In this document: positions 1 to 9,393 of the stretch, piece by piece
How the letters are laid out: every line of letters begins with the position of its first letter
Position numbering within the stretch: the stretch's first letter is position 1
The notes under the pieces: generated by a model
Told to the model about the DNA's origin: nothing
The model's database searches: none
What the model saw: the letters and a program-made list of their open reading frames with translations, nothing else
Made by a program: the position numbers and the translations under genes
Source of the DNA: an uncultured bacterium
GTDB taxonomy: Bacteria; Patescibacteriota; Minisyncoccia; UBA6257; 2-01-FULL-56-20
NCBI GenBank assembly: GCA_963696395.1
Contig: CAVOJZ010000002.1
Location: forward strand, 848,619 to 912,618
Reading direction: 5' to 3'
Length of the DNA stretch: 64,000 nt

Positions 1-207
1 CATGAAGTGCTCGCAAAGTACAGTGCCGCGAAGGTGCTTTTGAAGCCGGCAAGCAAGGGACACGGTCTCCGCGCCGGTGGCAGCGTTCGCTTCGTATTGG
101 CGTTCGCCGGCATAAAAGACGCGACAGCGAAGATTCTTGGCCGCACACCGAACAAGCTCACGAACGCCATGGCAACGCTCGAGGCGCTCAAAAAATTGAA
201 AGCCTAA
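1..207 (+). CDS. rpsE: 30S ribosomal protein S5, C-terminal part (5' end lies outside the window)
   Basis: In-frame from base 1. The C-terminal S5 motif GHGLRAGGSVRFVLAFAGIKD is present. Sits in the canonical position before L15 and SecY. Confidence 0.8.
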   Translation, partial: HEVLAKYSAAKVLLKPASKGHGLRAGGSVRFVLAFAGIKDATAKILGRTPNKLTNAMATLEALKKLKA

Positions 208-208
208 C

Positions 209-640
209 ATGATTAATCTTCCTTCCATACAAAAGAAATCCCAGCGCATCGGACGCAGCGGAAAGCGCGGCAGCTATTCCGGCCGTGGCGTAAAGGGACA
301 GAAGTCCCGCTCCGGTCATCGCATCCGTCCTGCCGAGCGCGATCTCATCATGCGCATTCCAAAGATGCGCGGTTTCCGCAATAAGCCGAAAGATGCAATT
401 CCGGAAGTATTCAATCTCTCACTCCTCTCGGTTCGCTTGAAGCCGTATATAAAAGGATCCACCCCGGTTGAGCTCACGAACGAGCTTTTGCGCACGGCGC
501 GGCTTGTCCGGAAAGATTTCAACGGCATCGTAAAGATTTTGGGGACAGGGGAGATGGCATTCCCGATTACCGTTTCCGGCATCAAGGTTTCGGCAGGCGC
601 CCGGAAAAAAATTGAGAAAGCTGGCGGCAGCGTAAAATAA
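209..640 (+). CDS. rplO: 50S ribosomal protein L15
   Basis: Gly/Arg-rich N-terminus (GRSGKRGSYSGRGVKGQKSRSG) typical of L15. Located between S5 and secY. Confidence 0.9.
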   Translation: MINLPSIQKKSQRIGRSGKRGSYSGRGVKGQKSRSGHRIRPAERDLIMRIPKMRGFRNKPKDAIPEVFNLSLLSVRLKPYIKGSTPVELTNELLRTARLVRKDFNGIVKILGTGEMAFPITVSGIKVSAGARKKIEKAGGSVK

Positions 641-1912
641 ATGGACCGGCTCCTCCAAATTTTCAGAGTTCCCGAACTTCGCAAAAAGATTCTGATCGTT
701 GCGGGGATTTTGGTGTGCTATCGCGTGCTCGCGGCAATTCCGATTCCGGGCATCAATGCCGTGGCGCTTCAGAATTATTTTAATTCCAACCAACTTCTCG
801 GATTTTTGAACTTCTTCTCCGGCGGCGGTCTCGTCACGCTGTCGGTTGTCATGTTGGGCGTGGGACCGTACATCACCTCCACGATTATCATGCAGCTCAT
901 GACGATCATCTTCCCGAGTATGAAGGAGATGTACTACGAGGAAGGCGCCCGTGGCCAGGCAAAATTCAACCAGTATTCGCGTCTGCTTACGGTTCCGCTC
1001 GCGCTCGTTCAGGCCTACGGCTTCCTCACACTCCTCATTTCGCAGGGTGTTATTCCGCGGCCAGACCCGTTCCATTTTGCAACCAACGTCATCGTGATCA
1101 CCTGCGGTTCTATGATCGCCCTCTGGCTTGGTGAACTCATCACCGAACAGAAAGTGGGCAACGGCATTTCACTCATCATCATGGCCGGTATCATCAGCCG
1201 TTTGCCTTCAGCCGTCGGCACGGCTATCGCGGCTTATACGCCGTCGATGCTCACTCCGTATCTCGGCTTCCTCATCATTGGCATCGCCCTCATTGCCGGC
1301 ATTGTGTACCTGAATGAAGGCGAACGAAAGATTCCGGTTGCCTATGCCCGCCGTGTTCGTGGCAATAAAATGTACGGCGGTGCTTCGAGCTACCTGCCGC
1401 TCAAAGTGAACCAGGCCGGTATGATTCCTTTGATTTTCGCGATTTCGGTTTTACTTTTCCCGCAATTTCTTGCCCAGCTGCTCACCCTCGTTTCAACGAG
1501 TTGGGCGTTGAAAGTAAACGCATTTGCGACCGGATTTTTGAATAACCATTTGTATTACGGCATTTTCTACTTCCTGCTTGTTTTCGCCTTTACGTATTTC
1601 TATACGGCGATCACCTTCAACCCGGAAGAGGTTGCGAAGAACCTCCAGCGGAGTGGTGGATTCGTTCCAGGTATCCGCCCAGGCGAGAGCACAGAAAAAT
1701 TCTTCGGCTCAATCGTTAACCGCATTACATTGTTCGGCGCAAGCTTCCTCGGCTTTATCGCCATTCTGCCGCTCATCGTGCAGGCGTTGACGGGCATCGC
1801 CGTCGTGACCATCAGCGGCACCGCTTTGCTCATCGTGGTGGCCGTTGCACTTGAAACAATGCGTCAGATTGACTCACAGCTCACGGTTCGGGAATACGAA
1901 GGAATAGAATAG
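641..1912 (+). CDS. secY: preprotein translocase subunit SecY
   Basis: 423-aa polytopic membrane protein with the SecY-like N-terminus MDRLLQIFRVPELRKKIL. Conserved rplO-secY-adk-map synteny. Confidence 0.95.
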   Translation: MDRLLQIFRVPELRKKILIVAGILVCYRVLAAIPIPGINAVALQNYFNSNQLLGFLNFFSGGGLVTLSVVMLGVGPYITSTIIMQLMTIIFPSMKEMYYEEGARGQAKFNQYSRLLTVPLALVQAYGFLTLLISQGVIPRPDPFHFATNVIVITCGSMIALWLGELITEQKVGNGISLIIMAGIISRLPSAVGTAIAAYTPSMLTPYLGFLIIGIALIAGIVYLNEGERKIPVAYARRVRGNKMYGGASSYLPLKVNQAGMIPLIFAISVLLFPQFLAQLLTLVSTSWALKVNAFATGFLNNHLYYGIFYFLLVFAFTYFYTAITFNPEEVAKNLQRSGGFVPGIRPGESTEKFFGSIVNRITLFGASFLGFIAILPLIVQALTGIAVVTISGTALLIVVAVALETMRQIDSQLTVREYEGIE

Positions 1913-1930
1913 GGAACTACGCGCGGAAAT

Positions 1931-1965
1931 AAAAAATCCCGCCCAAGATATTTTTTTGGGCGGAG
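1931..1965. terminator. bidirectional terminator-like hairpin between convergent secY and ORF 1996..2565
   Basis: A-tract, then stem cccgcccaa / ttgggcgg with a T-rich loop. On the minus strand the hairpin is followed by a T-run. Confidence 0.5.
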
Positions 1966-1995
1966 TGGGAGCATTGGACCATGGGCGTCCAAACA

Positions 1996-2565
1996 CTAAA
2001 CGATGATGTGGGATTTGTGCCGGGCGATGGGATATTGCATCACTTCAATCTCGTTCTTCACCAGGTTCAGGCCATAGACGCAGTCTTCGAATTTCTGCGA
2101 AAGCAGAGCAAACGTAGGTGCGACTTTTGCATGCTCGTATTGGTCGAATCTGGAAACGATGTAATAGCTCTCCTTCCCGGCCTTCATCCAGTCAACAAAA
2201 TTTTCAACGCGCTGGCGGCGCAAACGGAAATGATTGATGCTCTCCGGATACATCCCGGCGAAAAACAAGGTGAAATCGCCGATATGTTTTCGCACTTCCC
2301 GTTCACGCTCAAAGGAAGGGGCAGGGCCGTAAATGGGGTCCGACTCGATCAGCATCTCGCCGAGATCGAAGATCGGGGTTCCATCGTTGCCGTAGGCCCT
2401 CTTGAGTAATAGCTCTTTATAAGAACAGAACTTGGCAAGCAGGTCGGTGATATACTGCAAAACCGCCGGATCGTTAAACCGAAGTTCGTTCTTGAAATGT
2501 AGATTGATGAGCGGGGCGAACAATTGTTCCAGCAGTTTCGGTTCGGTAACCTCGTTAATCATCAA
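1996..2565 (-). CDS. hypothetical protein (189 aa, soluble, no recognised domain)
   Basis: Clean 189-aa ORF convergent with secY and divergent from the next gene. No motif I can name. Confidence 0.55.
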   Translation of the reverse strand: MMINEVTEPKLLEQLFAPLINLHFKNELRFNDPAVLQYITDLLAKFCSYKELLLKRAYGNDGTPIFDLGEMLIESDPIYGPAPSFEREREVRKHIGDFTLFFAGMYPESINHFRLRRQRVENFVDWMKAGKESYYIVSRFDQYEHAKVAPTFALLSQKFEDCVYGLNLVKNEIEVMQYPIARHKSHIIV

Positions 2566-2656
2566 CGGCCTCCCTTGCTGCTTTTAGCATAGAGGAAATC
2601 AAATATTGCGCAAGTACCGGTCTGGCCAGTCCGGTTTGTTAGGATTAAAGGAATCC

Positions 2657-3313
2657 ATGCCCGACCTTAGCCTTGGTATTGTCCTTGTCCTCATCACTCT
2701 TTTTGGCGCATTTAGTAATTATTTAAACTGGCGGTATTTGAATAACGGCATTATCCGTCTTTTATACTACGTCGGCGCTTTTGTGCATGAGATGTCGCAT
2801 GCGGTGGTGTGCCTGCTTACGGGGGCAAAAATTAAGCAGATTGCCATTTTCTGCGAACAACCGCAGGTTGTGCACCAAAAATCAAAGATTCCGTTCCTGG
2901 GAGAACTTTTAATATCTGCTGCACCGATAGCCGGGGGATTGCTATTTTTGTTTCTCATGAATCGTTATGTTCTGGGAAATTATTTCGTATTACCGGCGAT
3001 TGCGAATGTCAACGATTGGCGATCCATTCTCATGGAGCCGCTTGCCATCGTCTCGCAGATCAATCTGCTTCAATGGCAAAGCTGGGTTATGATACTGTTA
3101 TTTTTTAATGTCGGCGCCATGATCGGCCCTTCGCTCAGAGACTTGAGGAACGTTTGGCCCGCACTCATCGTACTTTTCTTTGTGCAGTCGTCTTTGCTTG
3201 CGGGTATCGGACTCATGGCGCTCGGTTTGATATTTGTAAACATTATTCTGCAGGTTCTTGTTATTGTTCCCTCGGAAATCGGCTCTCTTGCGATGCGGGA
3301 GCGAGTGAGTTGA
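2657..3313 (+). CDS. small polytopic membrane protein with an HExxH motif (putative membrane-embedded zinc metalloprotease-like protein)
   Basis: HEMSH sits inside a hydrophobic segment (FVHEMSHAVVCLLTG). There are several TM helices. The ATG at 2657 is preceded by aaagga; the listed 2606 start is a TTG. Confidence 0.6.
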   Translation: MPDLSLGIVLVLITLFGAFSNYLNWRYLNNGIIRLLYYVGAFVHEMSHAVVCLLTGAKIKQIAIFCEQPQVVHQKSKIPFLGELLISAAPIAGGLLFLFLMNRYVLGNYFVLPAIANVNDWRSILMEPLAIVSQINLLQWQSWVMILLFFNVGAMIGPSLRDLRNVWPALIVLFFVQSSLLAGIGLMALGLIFVNIILQVLVIVPSEIGSLAMRERVS

Positions 3314-3367
3314 CGAATTGGCTTGAATATAGTATGATAGTTTTAGTGGCAGCCCCAAGGAGGGGAT

Positions 3368-3823
3368 ATGCATAAACTTTTTGGCACGCTATGGTTTGCG
3401 ATGTTTTTCGTCGCATCAGCCCTTTCCGCCCAGGTTTTGTTCCCCCCGCAGGGTGCAAATGGTTGGATCGAAGGAGCGTCCGGGGAAAAAGGGTTTTTTA
3501 CGGAATTTGTTTCAGAGGACAAGAACTGCATCGTGAGTGTCAGTAAGAACGGGAAGAAAGTTCGGATTCAGGCATCCGAAAAATCCAAAAACGATTTTCT
3601 CGTGGAGAGCGCTACCGTCACGAGTCGTTCTTTCCTGAAGCTGATTCCAAGGAAGTCCCGGTTCGATCTTGTTTTTCGTGAACAGCACGACGGCAATCCC
3701 GTACAAGAAGTGCGTGGCGACGACGGTACGCCCGACATCATTGCACTGAAGTACGCTCAGCTTGCACAGCGGCTCCCGGCATGGGTCAAAAAATCATTTA
3801 AGAACCATTTTGACCTCAAGTGA
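3368..3823 (+). CDS. secreted hypothetical protein (signal peptide)
   Basis: Strong RBS aaggagggg 4 nt before the ATG. N-terminal hydrophobic signal MHKLFGTLWFAMFFVASALSAQ. A clean terminator follows. Confidence 0.65.
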   Translation: MHKLFGTLWFAMFFVASALSAQVLFPPQGANGWIEGASGEKGFFTEFVSEDKNCIVSVSKNGKKVRIQASEKSKNDFLVESATVTSRSFLKLIPRKSRFDLVFREQHDGNPVQEVRGDDGTPDIIALKYAQLAQRLPAWVKKSFKNHFDLK

Positions 3824-3842
3824 AACAGAGTAATTTCGTTCC

Positions 3843-3870
3843 AGCCCGCGATTCATCGCGGGCTTTTTTT
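3843..3870 (+). terminator. rho-independent terminator
   Basis: Perfect 9-bp stem agcccgcga / tcgcgggct with loop ttca, followed by TTTTTTT. Confidence 0.8.
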
Positions 3871-3930
3871 GCAAAAAAACCCGGCAGGGAGGGATTGGAC
3901 CTCGCTGCCGGGGACGTTGATACGCAGTGC

Positions 3931-4269
3931 TTACTGCGTAGTGCGGGGCTGTTGCTTGAGCCAGGCTTTCTTGAGTGCTTCGACTTCTTGTTTAAGCCGT
4001 AACCTCTCAGGATCGTGGCCGGGTATGCCGCCGCGCGGCCGGACAGATAGACGCATCTTCCGGTCTTGAGCCAGGCGCATTGCCTGACTTGCGATGCCGT
4101 TCGGTTGGTGAATACCGGCGGGCGCATCGCAGCTGTTCGCCAGAGCCATTGGTCCGTCGCGGAGCCGTTTGTGGTCTTCCATGAAGAGACTCCAATCAGG
4201 TAATGTTTGGCTGAACGACCACAGATTACCATAATTTTTAAATTTAAGCAACGCAATCACCATTTCCAA
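3931..4269 (-). CDS. hypothetical protein (112 aa) in a locally GC-rich spacer
   Basis: ORF only. Weak SD and no recognisable domain. Could equally be non-coding. Confidence 0.3.
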   Translation of the reverse strand: MEMVIALLKFKNYGNLWSFSQTLPDWSLFMEDHKRLRDGPMALANSCDAPAGIHQPNGIASQAMRLAQDRKMRLSVRPRGGIPGHDPERLRLKQEVEALKKAWLKQQPRTTQ

Positions 4270-4297
4270 AAATCGATTTTCTTGTTAAACTATTTGC

Positions 4298-4975
4298 ATG
4301 CGTAAGATTGTTGTTGTACTCTACGGCCCGCCCGGTGCAGGGAAGGGCACGCAAGCGAATTTGCTTGCCAATAAACTCGACCTCATCCATTTCGATACGG
4401 GGAAATTTTTGGAATCAATCGTTCACGATCCGCATCGCCAGCATGAAAAAATTGTAAAACGCGAACGGAAGCTTTTTGACGGTGGAAAATTGATGACGCC
4501 AAGCTTTGTGACGGGCGAAGTGATGCGGGAAGCGCAGCGCATTTCAAAAGCGGGCTGGGGAATTGTCTTGAGCGGTTCGCCGCGAACCATGTACGAGGCG
4601 CAAAAACTGTATCCACTTTTCTCAAAGTTGTACGGGAAGAAGAACGTGAATATTTACGTGCTTGATCTTCCGGCTTCGGGATCCATCACGCGCAATGGCG
4701 CACGCATGGTGTGCGGCGAGTGCGGCTATCTTTTGCTCACGGCGTTTTATCCGCATCGGAAGCCGAAACATTGCCCGGTCTGCGCAGGCCCATTTTATAA
4801 GCGCAGTTTGGATAAGCCAAGCGTCATTAAAATTCGATTAAAAGAATATGAAAAGCGGACATTCCCGATTTTTGCCTATGTAAAAAAGCACGGCTATACG
4901 CTTCGCCACGTTGACGCCCGCCCGGCGCCGTATAAAGTGATGGAGCACATTTATGGTCACTTTAAAAACGAATGA
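4298..4975 (+). CDS. adk: adenylate kinase (zinc-finger LID type)
   Basis: P-loop GPPGAGKGTQ and a CGECGY...CPVC zinc knuckle. Located after secY. Confidence 0.95.
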   Translation: MRKIVVVLYGPPGAGKGTQANLLANKLDLIHFDTGKFLESIVHDPHRQHEKIVKRERKLFDGGKLMTPSFVTGEVMREAQRISKAGWGIVLSGSPRTMYEAQKLYPLFSKLYGKKNVNIYVLDLPASGSITRNGARMVCGECGYLLLTAFYPHRKPKHCPVCAGPFYKRSLDKPSVIKIRLKEYEKRTFPIFAYVKKHGYTLRHVDARPAPYKVMEHIYGHFKNE

Positions 4976-5714
4976 GGAGATAGAGATCATGGCCACGGGA
5001 GGAGTAATCCTCGCGGGCGTTCTTCGGCGACTTGAAGCGGAAACCAAAGTTGGCGTGGCGACCATTGAACTTGACCGTTTGGCACGCCTGCTCATCACGG
5101 GTGCCGGAGCAAAGCCGGCTTTTTTGCACTACCGTCCCGCGGGAGCCAGCAAGTCATATCCGTATACGTTGTGCGCTTCGGTTAACGACGTTGTCGTGCA
5201 CGGCCAGCCATCGGTGTATAAAATTCGCGAAGGGGATCTTGTAAAACTCGATCTCGGGTTGAAATATCAAGGGCTTTATCTTGATGCGGCGATTACGGTT
5301 CCGGTGGGCGATGTCGGTGCGAAAGCAAAGAAGTTGATCGAAACCACAAAAGGCGCGCTCGAAGCAGCGGTGAAAGAAGCCAAGCCGGGGAATTCGCTTG
5401 GTGATATTGGCTACGCCGCGCAGAGAGTCGTTGAGAAAAATAAATTTTCGGTGGTCGAAGGGCTTACCGGTCACGGCATCGGAACCGCGCTTCACGAAGA
5501 TCCGACAGTTTTTAATTTCGGACGCAAAGGACAAGGCGAGGATTTGGAAGTTGGCATGGTTATCGCCATCGAACCTATGGTCGCCATAGGGGATGGCGCG
5601 ATCAGGCAATTGCTCGATGAAAGCTATGGAACCGCGGACGGCTCGCTCGCCGCGCATTTTGAGTATACGGTTGCGATTACGGCAAAGGGCCCGCGCATTT
5701 TAACAAAAATATAG
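4953..5714 (+). CDS. map: methionine aminopeptidase type I
   Basis: N-terminus LKTNEEIEIM, then VHGQP, HGIGTALHEDP and metal-ligand motifs. Overlaps the adk 3' end by 23 nt. Confidence 0.95.
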   Translation: MVTLKTNEEIEIMATGGVILAGVLRRLEAETKVGVATIELDRLARLLITGAGAKPAFLHYRPAGASKSYPYTLCASVNDVVVHGQPSVYKIREGDLVKLDLGLKYQGLYLDAAITVPVGDVGAKAKKLIETTKGALEAAVKEAKPGNSLGDIGYAAQRVVEKNKFSVVEGLTGHGIGTALHEDPTVFNFGRKGQGEDLEVGMVIAIEPMVAIGDGAIRQLLDESYGTADGSLAAHFEYTVAITAKGPRILTKI

Positions 5715-5746
5715 CGAGGGGTTTGCTATACTAGTGGTATATCCCC

Positions 5747-6493
5747 ATGGCTCAGCCATACCTCTCAATCATTATTCCGGCCTATAATGAGGCCGAGCGT
5801 ATTCCGAAGACGCTGCTTGATATTGACCGGCGCCTTGAACACGCGGAATATTCCTACGAAATTTTGGTGGTGAATGACGGTTCAAAAGACAATACTGCCG
5901 AGATCGTGCGGAATATGACGAAGGCCGTCCGGAATCTAAAAGTCATTGACCTCAAAGACAACCTTGGCAAGGGCGCCGCCGTACGTCAGGGTATGCTCCT
6001 TTCGAGTGGGAAGATCCGGCTTTTCACCGACGCAGACAATTCGACATCGATTGATCAGTTCAACGGCATGATGCCGTTTTTTAAAGAAGGCTTCGATGTG
6101 ATCATCGGTTCGCGCGCTATTGCCGGAGCAAAGCTCGATCCAGCGGAGCCGATTTTCAAACAGATCCCCGGCAAACTCGGAAACCTTTTCATCCAGGCAC
6201 TTTTACTTCCCGGCATCTGGGATACCCAATGTGGTTTCAAGGCGTTCACCGACGAAGCCGCCGAAAAGATATTTACCATTTCAAAAATCACCGGCTGGGG
6301 ATTTGACGTAGAAATCCTTTCGCTCGCAAAGCTGAAAAGCTATAAAATCAAGGAAATTCCGGTCTATTGGGTGAACGATACCCGGTCGCATGTCGGCGCG
6401 TCCGCCTACTTGAAAGTTTTGTCCGAAACGATTAAAATTCGCCTATGGCTGTGGAGGAAGCAATACGACCCTCCAAGCACAGTTCAAACCTGA
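5747..6493 (+). CDS. family 2 glycosyltransferase (dolichyl/polyprenyl-phosphate sugar transferase-like)
   Basis: SIIIPAYNEAERI, VVNDGSKDNT and a TDADNS DxD-like motif. Confidence 0.85.
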   Translation: MAQPYLSIIIPAYNEAERIPKTLLDIDRRLEHAEYSYEILVVNDGSKDNTAEIVRNMTKAVRNLKVIDLKDNLGKGAAVRQGMLLSSGKIRLFTDADNSTSIDQFNGMMPFFKEGFDVIIGSRAIAGAKLDPAEPIFKQIPGKLGNLFIQALLLPGIWDTQCGFKAFTDEAAEKIFTISKITGWGFDVEILSLAKLKSYKIKEIPVYWVNDTRSHVGASAYLKVLSETIKIRLWLWRKQYDPPSTVQT

Positions 6494-6503
6494 GAAAAGT
6501 CGC

Positions 6504-6530
6504 ATTCCGGCCTCCCCGCCGGAATTTCTT
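6504..6530 (+). terminator. terminator-like hairpin after the GT2 gene
   Basis: Stem attccggc / gccggaat with loop ctcccc, then a T-rich tail. Confidence 0.5.
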
Positions 6531-6556
6531 AACCTAAATACGAATCATTAATTACT

Positions 6557-7015
6557 ATGAGCAAGCAATATGTCACCAGGGAGCGGCTCGAGGAATTTAA
6601 AGCCGAGCTCGAAGAACTCAAAAACACGCGCCGGTTGGAAGTGGCGCAGCGGTTGAAGCAGGCGAAAGAATACGGCGACCTTTCGGAAAATTCCGAATAC
6701 GTTGAAGCTCGCGAAGAGCAGGCAAATGTCGAAACGCGCATCGGGGAGCTTGAGGATCTCGTGAAGAATGCCGTGATCATCGAAAAGTCCGAGGGCGGAG
6801 ACACGGTGCAGGTCGGTTCGACCATAACCGTGAAGAAGGGAGATAAGACGGCAACCTACACGATCGTCGGTGCGTACGAAGCAAAACCGGAAGAAGGAAA
6901 AATTTCCGATGAGTCACCGTTGGGCCGTGCATTCCTCAAGCGCAAGGCGGGAGATTCGGTGAATATCGCGACGCCGGCCGGCGCCATGACGTACGAGATC
7001 AAGGAGATCAAATAA
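6557..7015 (+). CDS. greA: transcription elongation factor GreA
   Basis: Coiled-coil N-terminus followed by the GDLSENSEYVEAREEQ motif and the FKBP-like C-terminal domain. Confidence 0.9.
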   Translation: MSKQYVTRERLEEFKAELEELKNTRRLEVAQRLKQAKEYGDLSENSEYVEAREEQANVETRIGELEDLVKNAVIIEKSEGGDTVQVGSTITVKKGDKTATYTIVGAYEAKPEEGKISDESPLGRAFLKRKAGDSVNIATPAGAMTYEIKEIK

Positions 7016-7018
7016 GCG

Positions 7019-7744
7019 ATGGTGGAATTTTCCCACGTTACGAAGACTTTCAAGAAGCGCAAAAGCGCGGTGAATGATTTTTCCCTGACGGTTGATGTTC
7101 CGATTTTTGGATTTCTTGGCCAGAACGGCGCAGGGAAGACGACGATCATGAAAATGACGGTTGGGTTGCTCGCGGCGACGAGCGGTACGATTTTGATTGA
7201 CGGCAAGCCGTCAACGGACGAAGACTCCAAGAAAAAAATGGGCTTCATGCCGGAAACGCCGTACTTCTACGAAACGATGACAGGTTTGGAATTTCTGCGT
7301 TTTAGCGACGAATTGTTCGAATCCACTGACGGCAAAAAGAAACAATACGACGACCTTCTGAAGAAAGTGGGTATTTTCGACGCGCGGAACTTCCAGATCA
7401 AGACTTATTCAAAAGGCATGCGCCAGCGCCTTGCATTTGCCCAGGCGCTTGTTAACGATCCGCAATATCTTTTTCTCGACGAGCCTCTCGACGGCCTCGA
7501 TCCGCTCGGCCGCCGGGAAATGAAAGAGGTGATGCTTGCACTCAAAAAAGAAGGGAAGAATATTTTCCTCAACACACATATTCTGTACGACGTCGAAGAG
7601 ATGTGCGATGAGGTCGGCGTGATCCATGCGGGAAAACTTCTCTACGCAGGATCGGTGAAAGGCTTTTCGCAGGGGAAAACCCTTGAAGAACGCTTTACGG
7701 AAACGCTCGCCGAGCACGAAGGAAAAACACTTGTCCATGCGTAA
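7019..7744 (+). CDS. ABC transporter ATP-binding protein (ABC-2 type)
   Basis: Walker A GQNGAGKTT, signature YSKGMRQR and Walker B LFLDEP. Confidence 0.9.
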   Translation: MVEFSHVTKTFKKRKSAVNDFSLTVDVPIFGFLGQNGAGKTTIMKMTVGLLAATSGTILIDGKPSTDEDSKKKMGFMPETPYFYETMTGLEFLRFSDELFESTDGKKKQYDDLLKKVGIFDARNFQIKTYSKGMRQRLAFAQALVNDPQYLFLDEPLDGLDPLGRREMKEVMLALKKEGKNIFLNTHILYDVEEMCDEVGVIHAGKLLYAGSVKGFSQGKTLEERFTETLAEHEGKTLVHA

Positions 7745-8501
7745 TATTTGGATTATCGCCAAGAATACGTTCAAGCTCGAGGTTCGCGAGAAGATTTTAT
7801 ATGCGATCGTGGTCTTTGCCGTGCTCTATATGCTTTCGTCGCTTTTTCTTGCGGACCTTGTCTTAAAGGAGTTGCCGATGGTGAAAAGCTTTGCACTTTC
7901 GGGCGTCTATTTCTTTAACGCTATCCTCGCAATATTTCTTGGCACGACATCGTTCTTTAAGGACATCGACCGTAAAGTGGTTTATTTTATCCTTTCAAAA
8001 CCCGTCTCCCGCGCGCAATTCCTGCTCGGTAAATACTTTGGACTCTGTATGGTACTGCTTGCAACGACGCTCATTTTTATGGTTGCTTATCTTGGCGTCG
8101 TTGCCTATGAAGGCGGCGGATTCGATGCGATGGGCATTCTTGCCATTGCGATGCAATATCTCGAGATGATGCTTTTCCTCGCGTTCGCAACCTTCGTTTC
8201 AACCTTCTCAACGTCCTTGCTTTCCATCGTTTACACGTCGGCGGTTTTCTTTGCCGGTCATGTGGTGAGCGCCCTCCTTACGGATGCGAAAGCGGTAAAC
8301 ATTGTCGGATTTAAATATCGGATGGTTCAGGTGCTTTATTATGTTTTCCCGAATCTCGAAAAATTCGATATCAGGGATTTCGCCGTACACAGCGTTGCCG
8401 CGCCGCTTCAGTCAACGCTTCTCGCGATTGTTTATGCCGCGGTGTATATCGTTCTTCTTCTCACGGCCGGAATCTGGATTTTTGAAAAGAAAGAAATCTA
8501 G
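7737..8501 (+). CDS. ABC-2 family transporter permease
   Basis: About 6 TM helices. The ATG at 7737 overlaps the ATPase stop by 8 nt; the listed 7683 start is also possible. Confidence 0.7.
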   Translation: MRNIWIIAKNTFKLEVREKILYAIVVFAVLYMLSSLFLADLVLKELPMVKSFALSGVYFFNAILAIFLGTTSFFKDIDRKVVYFILSKPVSRAQFLLGKYFGLCMVLLATTLIFMVAYLGVVAYEGGGFDAMGILAIAMQYLEMMLFLAFATFVSTFSTSLLSIVYTSAVFFAGHVVSALLTDAKAVNIVGFKYRMVQVLYYVFPNLEKFDIRDFAVHSVAAPLQSTLLAIVYAAVYIVLLLTAGIWIFEKKEI

Positions 8502-8503
8502 CG

Positions 8504-9391
8504 ATGGCGAAACGAAGCCTCGGAGCTGTTTCAAAAACGATAATCCTTGTCCTTCTCATAATCGTCATCGTTGTCGTGCAGTACGATTACGATCTTTCGA
8601 GTTCGCAGGTTCCTGCCGGTCTTGCGGGCTATACGTCGCCGGAATTTATCCGTATGGTTGATATGGGCTTCAACTCGACGATTGCTTCGGCTTTGTGGGC
8701 GGGAACCATGCCCGAAGTGCTCGATCTCTTTAACAACAAAACGGAATACCTGAACGACGTTGCCTATGTGATTGCCGTTGATCCTAGGATGAGCTATCCG
8801 TATGCTTTTTCGGTGCTGACGCTGCCGGCGATTCCGAAAGCCCGCTGGGCAGGGGATGCGAGCGATACGCTCGCGCTCGCAATCGGACAGCAGGGCATTC
8901 TGAATGCGGATCCAGACTGGCGCATTCCTTATTACATGGCCATCGATTATTATCTCGACGTTAAAGATACAAAAAGTGCTTTGGAATATTTTGATATCGC
9001 CGGCCGCACGCCGGGAGTACCCGAGTACGCCGAACGTTTTGCCTTGAACTTTGGCATCGGCACCAATGACCGGGCAAAGACGGAAGAGTTGTGGGCGACC
9101 ATCGCGAGCTCGACGAATGACGAGGCCACTCAGGAGCGTGCGAGGGCATACGTAACCCGGCTCCAGATTTTCGATTACCTCGAAGCCGCCGCAAAGCTTT
9201 ATAAGGCTCAAATTGGAGTGTATCCAACGTCTACCGGGGAGCTGGTGACAGCAGGAATTATTCCCTACGTGCCCGATGATCCTTTCGGTTTCACTTTTAT
9301 TTTTCGTTCCGGCGGTCAGGCTGACATAGATTTGAACAAAGCACCGACGGTTGCGCCGCCGGTGCTCGATCAGCTGGAAGCTCCGAAGTAG
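8504..9391 (+). CDS. membrane-anchored hypothetical protein (N-terminal TM, extracytoplasmic helical domain)
   Basis: N-terminal hydrophobic anchor IILVLLIIVIVVV. The antisense 287-aa ORF is Arg-rich junk. Confidence 0.6.
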   Translation: MAKRSLGAVSKTIILVLLIIVIVVVQYDYDLSSSQVPAGLAGYTSPEFIRMVDMGFNSTIASALWAGTMPEVLDLFNNKTEYLNDVAYVIAVDPRMSYPYAFSVLTLPAIPKARWAGDASDTLALAIGQQGILNADPDWRIPYYMAIDYYLDVKDTKSALEYFDIAGRTPGVPEYAERFALNFGIGTNDRAKTEELWATIASSTNDEATQERARAYVTRLQIFDYLEAAAKLYKAQIGVYPTSTGELVTAGIIPYVPDDPFGFTFIFRSGGQADIDLNKAPTVAPPVLDQLEAPK

Positions 9392-9393
9392 CA

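Noticed and set aside
419-1075. 218-aa minus-strand ORF antisense to rplO/secY
   Set aside because: It overlaps two strongly supported, conserved genes. It is Arg-rich with no motifs.
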